Assembly: GCA_965212075.1 (NCBI GenBank)
Contig: OZ243043.1
Span: 260,933 to 324,932 of the forward strand
Length of the DNA stretch: 64,000 bases
Direction of reading: 5' to 3'
DNA from: Alphaproteobacteria bacterium
GTDB taxonomy: Bacteria > Pseudomonadota > Alphaproteobacteria > JAPOUT01 > G958296285
Made by a program: the position numbers and the translations under genes. Shown piece after piece: positions 29,587 through 36,608 of the stretch. Within the stretch, counting starts at the first letter, position 1. Each line of letters starts with the position of its first letter. Under the pieces are notes generated by a model. That model was given only the letters and a program-made list of their open reading frames with translations, searched no databases and had not been told where the DNA came from.

Positions 29587-31094
29587 TGCGTCGGTCTGCT
29601 TTTTTACTGGCTTTTTTACTGGCTCTGCCTCTGCTTGCAGGCTGCGCTGCGTTTTTTGAAGATGACGTCGTTTTTGATGATGCGGCGCAGCAGGCTGCAA
29701 ATGCAGAAAAAGATATTCAAGAATTCTATCAAGCGCTTCAGCAAAGCATAGACAAAGCGCCGCAGGCCAAGACAGCGCGCAAGAAGAAAAAGCGCGCGCG
29801 CACTTTGACGCGCTATGTGGATGAGGTTTGGCTTGGTGACAGGCCAAAATTTTTCATGCGCGGCCAGCAAAACCTGCCGGATAAGATCAAGCGCCAGCGC
29901 GGCTTGGTTTTTGTCAGCGCGGTAGATTTGGATATTCGTCTGATTGCCAGCCGGATTTCTGAAATGACAGGCATTCCGGTTCAAGTGAGGGGGTCGCATA
30001 TCAGGAATATCAAACTGATAAAGCGCGCGCGGTTGAATTATCGCGGCTCGCTGATCGGCCTTTTGAATGTCGTCGCGAATTCGTTTGAGGCGTCGTGGTC
30101 TTATGACGTAAAGAGCCGCAGCCTGATGTTCACGCGGCTGATGACGCGCGCATTTAATTTTTATGCGCCGCCTGATGAAACTGCATTCGCAACGCCCGTC
30201 GTCAAGACGGGCGAAGCCAAGCCGCGGTTTTTGAAGGCTGAGGCTTGGCGCAGAATTAAGCGCATTTTGACTGATGTGATGCCATCCGGCTCGCGCGCCA
30301 ACATATCTCCTGAAGCGGGCAAGATCACTGTCACGACCACACCGCCCGCAATGGAGCGTGTCGCGCAGCTTATTCGTGTTCACAATCAATATTTCACCCG
30401 TGAAGTTCACTTAAATGTTCAAGTGATTTCTTTTGATCTCAAAGATGATCTTGGCGCTGCGAACAGACGCCGTTTGAATCTGCCCACTTTGTTGAAGGCT
30501 GCGGGGCTGGATAGCCAAAAAATGCCGACCGACAAGAGCGAAGACAAAAAAAAGCTGTCGCAGATTGAGCTGATGAATGTTGATATTGGGCTGATCATTG
30601 CCGCTTTGCGCAAGATCGGCAAAGTATCGGTTTTGACGATCACCGATACGCAAACGAGAGACGGCAAGGTCACGCCGATCTCCATGACCTCGCAGCAGGC
30701 CTACCTGCCGCGGCCTGAGGAGGTGTCGACCAATGAAACCAATGCGCCGACAACCATCACGACGGGGTTTTCAATGCGTGTGCGCCCGCGCATTTTGCCG
30801 CGCGCGCGCGTGCAGCTGGATATGTCTATGTCGCTGCGCGTGCTTGACCAGATTAAGAGTTTGGGTGCAGACAATAATCGCGTGCAGATTCCTGAAATAT
30901 CAACAAATTCGTGGGCGCAAGAGACGATTATTCCCAATAGAGCGACTTTGCTCGTTGCGGGCTTTGAGCATGGCGGGCAAAAGGTGGGCGCGGCAAGAAA
31001 CCAAAACGCATTGCGCGCGCTGATGATCGTTTTGATCACGCCGACGATTATTGAACAGACCAACGCTGAAGAGGTGAGCGGTGCGGCGGGATAA
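29583..31094 (+). CDS. secretin-family outer-membrane lipoprotein (R64 PilN-like)
   Basis: Lipobox LLAGC after a signal peptide. The C-terminal secretin domain reads VSVLTITDTQTRDGKVTPISMTSQQAYLP...ATLLVAGFEH. 4-nt overlap with the upstream gene. Confidence 0.6.
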   Translation: MMRRSAFLLAFLLALPLLAGCAAFFEDDVVFDDAAQQAANAEKDIQEFYQALQQSIDKAPQAKTARKKKKRARTLTRYVDEVWLGDRPKFFMRGQQNLPDKIKRQRGLVFVSAVDLDIRLIASRISEMTGIPVQVRGSHIRNIKLIKRARLNYRGSLIGLLNVVANSFEASWSYDVKSRSLMFTRLMTRAFNFYAPPDETAFATPVVKTGEAKPRFLKAEAWRRIKRILTDVMPSGSRANISPEAGKITVTTTPPAMERVAQLIRVHNQYFTREVHLNVQVISFDLKDDLGAANRRRLNLPTLLKAAGLDSQKMPTDKSEDKKKLSQIELMNVDIGLIIAALRKIGKVSVLTITDTQTRDGKVTPISMTSQQAYLPRPEEVSTNETNAPTTITTGFSMRVRPRILPRARVQLDMSMSLRVLDQIKSLGADNNRVQIPEISTNSWAQETIIPNRATLLVAGFEHGGQKVGAARNQNALRALMIVLITPTIIEQTNAEEVSGAAG

Positions 31095-31581
31095 TCATAT
31101 CATCATGGCTCTTGCGGTGATGGGGCTGGCGGCTTCTACCGCACAAGCTACTGCACAGGCGCGTCCGGCGCCTAGCCAGATAGAGGAGCTGCTGCAGCAG
31201 CAGATCAATCAGGATCGTTTTCAAAAGCAGCAAGAGCGGCAAAAGCAGCTTCAAAGGGGGGTGCCTTTGCGCAGATCTTCATCTCAAGAGACACCACCGC
31301 GCACACCGCGCGCGCGCGCGGCTAAAGAGCAGCCTTATAGTGTGCTTATCATTGCAGGCAAGCGCAAGGCATTGCAGGCCGATTTAATTGACGAAAATCA
31401 AGAAGTGATCCGCGTCAAAGTGGGAGATCGCTTGACCACATCTTCATCGCAAGTTTTCTTTGTCAGAGCAATTACGGATAAAAGCGTGCAATTGGTGAAA
31501 GATGGCAGAGTCTTTTTTGCGCCGATGGCAACAGAAAAGAACATCAAGCCGCGCGCGCGTTCGCGCTCCTCAAACAGATGA
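31081..31581 (+). CDS. PilP-like periplasmic protein (secretin-associated beta-domain)
   Basis: Signal peptide (MALAVMGLAASTAQATAQA) and a C-terminal beta-rich block (YSVLIIAGKRKALQADL...VKVGDRL...VQLVKDG) resembling PilP/GspC. Confidence 0.45.
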   Translation: MRRDNHIIMALAVMGLAASTAQATAQARPAPSQIEELLQQQINQDRFQKQQERQKQLQRGVPLRRSSSQETPPRTPRARAAKEQPYSVLIIAGKRKALQADLIDENQEVIRVKVGDRLTTSSSQVFFVRAITDKSVQLVKDGRVFFAPMATEKNIKPRARSRSSNR

Positions 31582-32078
31582 GACGGCGGAAATTTCCTGA
31601 TACTTTTTTTGTGTTATCTATAGCGGCGGCGCTGATAGCGGGTCTGCTTGCATGGCGGCAGGGTTTTGATGCGGATAAAACCAGCCTATTGACGATGAGC
31701 ATAGAAGGGACTTTGGCGCAAATCCGCACGGATTTTGCTGCCGCGCGGGATTATAGCTTTTTGAGCACCGTCTATGATAGCCGCCGCAAAAATCCTTGGG
31801 GGAATTTTACTGTTAGAGCAAGCGCTTATAATGGCGGTGCGGGCGCTTCTCATGTTCAGATTCGCCTCACGCAGATTCCCGACAAAGTGTGCGAGAATTT
31901 ATTAAAAACTTTGGGTGCAGATCGTTTTTTTATTCATGTGATTGAAGATGCAGATGACATCGTTAATTGGAGCGCGGCGATCAGCGTTTCGGCGCGCAAT
32001 TGCCAGAGCTTTGCCAATCAGGCAAAAAACGCTGTCCAATTGATATGGATGAAATCTAAAGTTCACGGATCAAAATGA
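31578..32078 (+). CDS. small N-terminally anchored protein with a C-terminal Cys pair (possible pilin/pseudopilin-like)
   Basis: MRRRKFPD followed by a 20-residue hydrophobic segment. Two Cys about 39 residues apart near the C-terminus (CENLL ... ARNCQSF). No canonical G/FTLIE prepilin site. Confidence 0.3.
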   Translation: MRRRKFPDTFFVLSIAAALIAGLLAWRQGFDADKTSLLTMSIEGTLAQIRTDFAAARDYSFLSTVYDSRRKNPWGNFTVRASAYNGGAGASHVQIRLTQIPDKVCENLLKTLGADRFFIHVIEDADDIVNWSAAISVSARNCQSFANQAKNAVQLIWMKSKVHGSK

Positions 32079-32091
32079 CTGAGGGGAGTGA

Positions 32092-33069
32092 GTGATTATG
32101 AGTCTTTCCAACATTCGGATGAGAGATATTTATTTTACAGCAGATGGACGCGTGCTGCTTTCAATTGACGGTGATTTGTTTTCGCTTGAGCGTATTGTCG
32201 CGCCGGAAAATGCAGATTTTCTTTCGTCCATTTTAAAGGTGCAGACTAAGGATTTAACATTTGCGGCGCGGGCGATCATCACCGACAGCCAAGAGATTTA
32301 TGATTTGGCGCGCAAGAAAAATGAGGCGGCGGGCGAAATCCATCACGATGAAACTGTTTACCATTTTAGCCGCCTATTGCCGCACGAGGACTCGGCTTTG
32401 TTTCATTTGCGCCGCCTTGAGAGCGAGGTGCCTAATTTGGAGACTTTGGGTCTGTCGCGGAATCTGATCTGGCATATTGAGCAGACGTGCCAAAAAGCAG
32501 GCTTGGTGGTGGCGGTAGGTCTTGAGAATGCGCGGCGTTCGGCGCGCTTATCTTCTTTGCTGTATTCATTATTGCATGCACGAGGCAAATTGGCGTGGAC
32601 TTTGGAAAGCGCGCCTGCCTATCGGCTCGCCGGGCTTTATCATCACGATCACGATGATGGCTATTGCGTTCAAGCGCATGTTGCCCAGCCATTATGGGGC
32701 GAGACCATTCGCGCCGCGAGCGCCGCCGATGCGGATTATATTTTAATTGATGAGATCAAAGAGGCCGAATGTGCCGCGCAAGCTCTGACGGCGGCGAGTT
32801 CGGGGCATCTTGTTTTATCAGGGTTTTACGCTGAAACGATTCCCGAAGCTTTGTCGCGGCTTGCCGATTATGCGGCGTCGGTTTTGAGCGAGACTTTGGC
32901 GCGCAAATTGATTGCGCAGTCTTTTCTTTTGGCGTTTGATGATGAGGGCGCACTTTTTGCTGATCTTGAGGTGAAAAACAAAATCGCGGCGGGCAAATGG
33001 ATTATGCTGACGAGTGATATAGAAAGCCAGATGGAGCGCCTGCGGCATGGCCAGCCACCTTTTGCCTGA
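32092..33069 (+). CDS. GspE/PilB-family secretion ATPase homologue with degenerate Walker A (predicted catalytically inactive)
   Basis: Asp-box-like TLESAP and the Walker B/His-box region (ADYILIDEIKEAECAAQALTAASSGHLVLSGF) are present. The position where GPTGSGKST should be reads GLENARRS. About 325 aa, so it lacks the N-terminal domains. Confidence 0.55.
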   Translation: MIMSLSNIRMRDIYFTADGRVLLSIDGDLFSLERIVAPENADFLSSILKVQTKDLTFAARAIITDSQEIYDLARKKNEAAGEIHHDETVYHFSRLLPHEDSALFHLRRLESEVPNLETLGLSRNLIWHIEQTCQKAGLVVAVGLENARRSARLSSLLYSLLHARGKLAWTLESAPAYRLAGLYHHDHDDGYCVQAHVAQPLWGETIRAASAADADYILIDEIKEAECAAQALTAASSGHLVLSGFYAETIPEALSRLADYAASVLSETLARKLIAQSFLLAFDDEGALFADLEVKNKIAAGKWIMLTSDIESQMERLRHGQPPFA

Positions 33070-33083
33070 GGAAATAATGAAAG

Positions 33084-33503
33084 ATGGAAATGAAAGATAT
33101 GACATTAGAGCACGTCTTGGAAGATTTTGCTTTGTTTGATGCGTGGGAGGATAAATATCGCTATCTGATAGAGCTGGGCAAAGCGCTGCCGCCTTTATCA
33201 AAAAGCGAACAGATCGCTGCGAATAAAGTTTCGGGCTGTGTGAGTCAAGTTTGGTTGGTTTCGCAGATTGGCGCAGACGGGCAGCTCATCTTGCGCGGCA
33301 CAAGTGATGCGTATATTGTGAGCGGTCTCATCGCTTTGCTGCTGAAAATTTATGCCAGCAAAAGGCCGGAGGAGATTTTAACCACTGACGCCGAAGAGAT
33401 ATTTCAGCGTCTGGGATTTGCCGATCATCTGACGCCGCAGCGCTCAAGCGGCTTTTACGCGATGGTGCGCCGGATCAAAGCTGACGCACAGGCAGAAATC
33501 TAG
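33084..33503 (+). CDS. sufE: cysteine desulfuration protein SufE
   Basis: KYRYLIELGK...VSGCVSQVWL SufE active-site Cys motif. Confidence 0.85.
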   Translation: MEMKDMTLEHVLEDFALFDAWEDKYRYLIELGKALPPLSKSEQIAANKVSGCVSQVWLVSQIGADGQLILRGTSDAYIVSGLIALLLKIYASKRPEEILTTDAEEIFQRLGFADHLTPQRSSGFYAMVRRIKADAQAEI

Positions 33504-34258
33504 CGAATGATGTGATAATGGCGCGCAAGCTGTGTGAGCGCGATGCCGAGCACGATCTTGCCTGAACGTTTCGGCCAGCCCAATGCATTTTCGGCCTGTG
33601 TGAGGCCGCGCATGTGGCAGCATACTTTCATTGTAATTTCGGCAAGCTCCGGGCCTAAGGCTTTCAGCGCGCGCCCGAGGCGCATCCGTGCTGCCAGCGC
33701 GCGCTCATTCATCAGCAACCCGTCATGCGGCTGCCGTCCTGCCTGTTTATTAGCGGGCGGTGCTGTGAGGTCAATGGTCATGCGCGGGCGCATCGTGCTT
33801 TGCAAAAAATCATTTTGCAGCCGCGACGCCGCCTGTAGCTGCTCTGCGCTGATCAGACATTTGCCATCCGGCCCGCGCCGTCGGCTGAGCCAGAGCAAGG
33901 GATTTTCCACAATGTTGATCTCGCAGGACTCTTTTACAGGCCTGACCCTCATCTGATGCTGGCCGCGAAAAATATCCTTATCTTTGAGGCTGGCGCGTCT
34001 GAACCACATCGCGCCGGTTGGGCTCGCGGTTAATTTTTTGCCGGTCGCGGTCAAAAAGTCATGGGCGCGCATCGCGGAGATGAAATCCGCGCTGCATGTC
34101 ATCACAGGCTTGGCATTGGATCTGGCTGTGTGGAGTCCATAGGCGCCATCTTTTTGCGGCAGCAGATAAGCACGCGGCGCGAGCAGACGGCGCAGGATTT
34201 GCCGTGCTTGGCGTTCAAAAGCCTTGCGGCCAATTTGATCACCGGGAGCTGCGCGCAT
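33500..34258 (-). CDS. C-terminal sigma-region-4-like HTH protein (DUF6456-like), candidate GafZ-like half of a split GafA
   Basis: C-terminal HTH (GLTQAENALGWPKRSGKIVLGIALTQLARHY). Start taken at MRAAPGDQ to avoid an 89-nt overlap with the upstream gene; the longer start at 34369 is not excluded. Confidence 0.4.
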   Translation of the reverse strand: MRAAPGDQIGRKAFERQARQILRRLLAPRAYLLPQKDGAYGLHTARSNAKPVMTCSADFISAMRAHDFLTATGKKLTASPTGAMWFRRASLKDKDIFRGQHQMRVRPVKESCEINIVENPLLWLSRRRGPDGKCLISAEQLQAASRLQNDFLQSTMRPRMTIDLTAPPANKQAGRQPHDGLLMNERALAARMRLGRALKALGPELAEITMKVCCHMRGLTQAENALGWPKRSGKIVLGIALTQLARHYHIIR

Positions 34259-34280
34259 TATCAGCACAATGCTCTCTTCG

Positions 34281-34622
34281 CTAGTTGAGGCGCTTTGCAA
34301 TTTGTGCGAGGCCTTCTTCAAGTCGGCAGAGCTGCATATCAAAGCGAGGATCATCGCGTCTTTCCTCAATGATGCGGCAGGCGTGGGAGGCTGTGGTGCG
34401 ATCGCGTCCGAAACAGGCGCCGGTTCGTGTCAGCGAGACGCCCAGCGCGACATGGCTCAGATACATGGCCGTTTGCCGCGCAAAGGCGATCGGCGCTTTG
34501 CGTCTTGTCGGCGCGCGCATTTCGGCGAGTGCGACGTTAAAGGCTTGCGCAACGGCGGTTTGGGCCAAATTCACCCGCGCTTGTTCAGCGCGGCGGCTTA
34601 TTTGTGTGCGAACATCTTCCAT
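34281..34622 (-). CDS. DnaA domain-IV-like HTH protein, candidate GafY-like half of a split GafA
   Basis: AMYLSHVALGVSLTRTGACFGRDRTTASHACRIIEERRDD matches the DnaA C-terminal DNA-binding helix-turn-helix signature. Confidence 0.5.
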   Translation of the reverse strand: MEDVRTQISRRAEQARVNLAQTAVAQAFNVALAEMRAPTRRKAPIAFARQTAMYLSHVALGVSLTRTGACFGRDRTTASHACRIIEERRDDPRFDMQLCRLEEGLAQIAKRLN

Positions 34623-34692
34623 ATTTTCCTCCTTTGATATTCGTGAGTTTATTGTATATGCAATTTATAGTTGCATAAAAAGGTTATAAATA

Positions 34693-34725
34693 GAACATAC
34701 AAAGAACATATAAAGAATACAATAC
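34693..34725. repeat. three tandem about-11-bp units (GAACATAcAAA / GAACATAtAAA / GAAtACAATAC) in the AT-rich promoter region
   Basis: Direct reading. Spacing is about one helical turn. It lies between the divergent DnaA-C-like gene and dadA, followed by the CGCGGCG-N8-CGCCGCG inverted repeat at 34786-34807. Confidence 0.5.
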
Positions 34726-34854
34726 ACTTATTAAGTGCAATATACATAAGCTGCTTATGGACGGGGATATCAAAATCGCTTTTTTGTCAAAATATCGCGG
34801 CGCGAAACATCGCCGCGCGAATTGACACCCCGTCTAGAGGGGGTAAAAGCAGAA

Positions 34855-36114
34855 ATGAAAATAATTATTTTAGGCGCAGGGTTAGCGGGCATTTGTTCAA
34901 GCTGGACGCTCGCGCGCGATGGCCATGAGGTGGTCGTCATTGATCGCCATCCGGCGGCGGCGCGCGGCACGAGCTTTGCCAATGGCGGCCATATCGCGGC
35001 GAGCGAAGCTCTGCCTTGGTCGAGCAAGGTGATTTTGCGCCGCCTGCTTTTGAGCTTTGTCCGGCGTCAGGGCGCGATGCGGCTGCATTTGCGCGCTGAT
35101 CCGGCGCAGTGGTGGTGGCTGGCGCGCATGGTTGCCAATGCGTCCGCCGGAGCTTGGCGCTCCAACACACATCGTTTGTTATCGCTTGCCGCTTTGAGTC
35201 AGGCCTGCTTCGCGCAATGGCTGGACGAGATCAAAGACGAAGATTCTCACATCAACGATAATGGTGTTTTGCATATATTTTCGGGCCGCGGCGCGATGCA
35301 GCGTGCGAAAAAGCGCGCGGCACTCATGGAGGCCAACGGGATTGATGTGCAGGTTTTGGACGGACATCTCTGTATGCGCACCGAACCTGCGCTGACGAAG
35401 GCGGTGCAATATCGTCGGGTTGAGGCGGGGCTGTTTTTTGCCTCCGATAAGACAGGAGACGCGCGCGCTTTTACTGAGACATTGAGCACACATGCCGCCA
35501 AGAAGGGTGTGAAATTTTTGTTCAATCATCAATTGACGGGTGTTGTGATGGAGGGTCGCCGGATCAAATCCGTGTTGACGGATCGCGGTGAGGTGAAGGG
35601 TGATATTTTTATTTTGGCGCTGGGCACGGACAGCGCATCTTTTGCGAAACATTTTGGGCTTGATCTGCCGATCTATCCGGTGCGCGGCTATTCGGTGACG
35701 ATGGCGACCAATGGCGCGCACGCGCCCAAATTAGGATTGGTGGATGAATCGCGCCGCGTGGTTGTCAGCCGTCTGGGGGCGCAATTGCGTCTTGCGGGTC
35801 TTGCGGATATTGGCGCGGCAGGGCATGAGATTCCGAGTCACCGCGCGGATATGCTGATGCGCGCTTGGTCGGAATTGCTGCCTGAGAGCGCGGATCGCGC
35901 TTCGGCCAAATTTTGGATTGGCGAGCGTCCGATGACTCCCGACAGCCTGCCTCTGCTTGGCCGCGCGCAGATGACGGACAATCTTTATTTGAATACGGGT
36001 CATGGCGCGCTGGGCTGGACGTTATGCCATGCGAGCGCGCAACTCACTGCAGATTTGATCGCGCGCCGCGCGCCGCAGCTTGATCCGACGCCGTTCTCGC
36101 TCTCAAGATTTTAA
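34855..36114 (+). CDS. dadA: D-amino acid dehydrogenase small subunit
   Basis: Start moved to MKIIILGAGLAGICSSW (FAD Rossmann fold). Length and C-terminus typical of DadA. Confidence 0.8.
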   Translation: MKIIILGAGLAGICSSWTLARDGHEVVVIDRHPAAARGTSFANGGHIAASEALPWSSKVILRRLLLSFVRRQGAMRLHLRADPAQWWWLARMVANASAGAWRSNTHRLLSLAALSQACFAQWLDEIKDEDSHINDNGVLHIFSGRGAMQRAKKRAALMEANGIDVQVLDGHLCMRTEPALTKAVQYRRVEAGLFFASDKTGDARAFTETLSTHAAKKGVKFLFNHQLTGVVMEGRRIKSVLTDRGEVKGDIFILALGTDSASFAKHFGLDLPIYPVRGYSVTMATNGAHAPKLGLVDESRRVVVSRLGAQLRLAGLADIGAAGHEIPSHRADMLMRAWSELLPESADRASAKFWIGERPMTPDSLPLLGRAQMTDNLYLNTGHGALGWTLCHASAQLTADLIARRAPQLDPTPFSLSRF

Positions 36115-36119
36115 GCGGG

Positions 36120-36608
36120 TTATTTTTTGGCGCGCAGTTCCCAGATCGTCTTGCCGCCCTGTGTTGGCTGGTACCAGAGCGAAAAGTCAGAGGTCGCCTT
36201 TTGCCATAGATCTTCATCTGCACCGTCGGGCAGAGCAAAGGCGTTAAAGCCGCAGCGCAGCATAAAAAACGCCTGATCTGCCAAAAGATCGCCGGTGGCG
36301 CGCAGCTCGCCTTCAAATCCCATCTCTTCGCGCAGGATGCGCGCCTGCGAAAAAGCGCGGCCATCGCGGAACGCCGGAAAGGAAAGCGCGATCAGCTGAA
36401 AATGCGCCAGATCATCGGCGAGAAGCTGCGGATCTTCCTCGTTCGGGAATAAAATGCCCAGCGCGGCGTTGCTCTGCAGCAGCCTCTGGCGCTCTTTCTG
36501 CCATTTTTCCCATGGGACAATAATTTGATCATGATCGGGCAGGGCGTCTTGATCTTCAAGCTGCCGCCAATCATCTTTGATGAAATCGTTGTTTTTAAGA
36601 AGCGGCAT
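36120..36608 (-). CDS. DUF934 protein (sulfite-reductase-associated)
   Basis: Start moved to MPLLKNNDFIKDDW, the family-typical N-terminus. Immediately downstream of the sulfite reductase gene. Confidence 0.6.
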   Translation of the reverse strand: MPLLKNNDFIKDDWRQLEDQDALPDHDQIIVPWEKWQKERQRLLQSNAALGILFPNEEDPQLLADDLAHFQLIALSFPAFRDGRAFSQARILREEMGFEGELRATGDLLADQAFFMLRCGFNAFALPDGADEDLWQKATSDFSLWYQPTQGGKTIWELRAKK

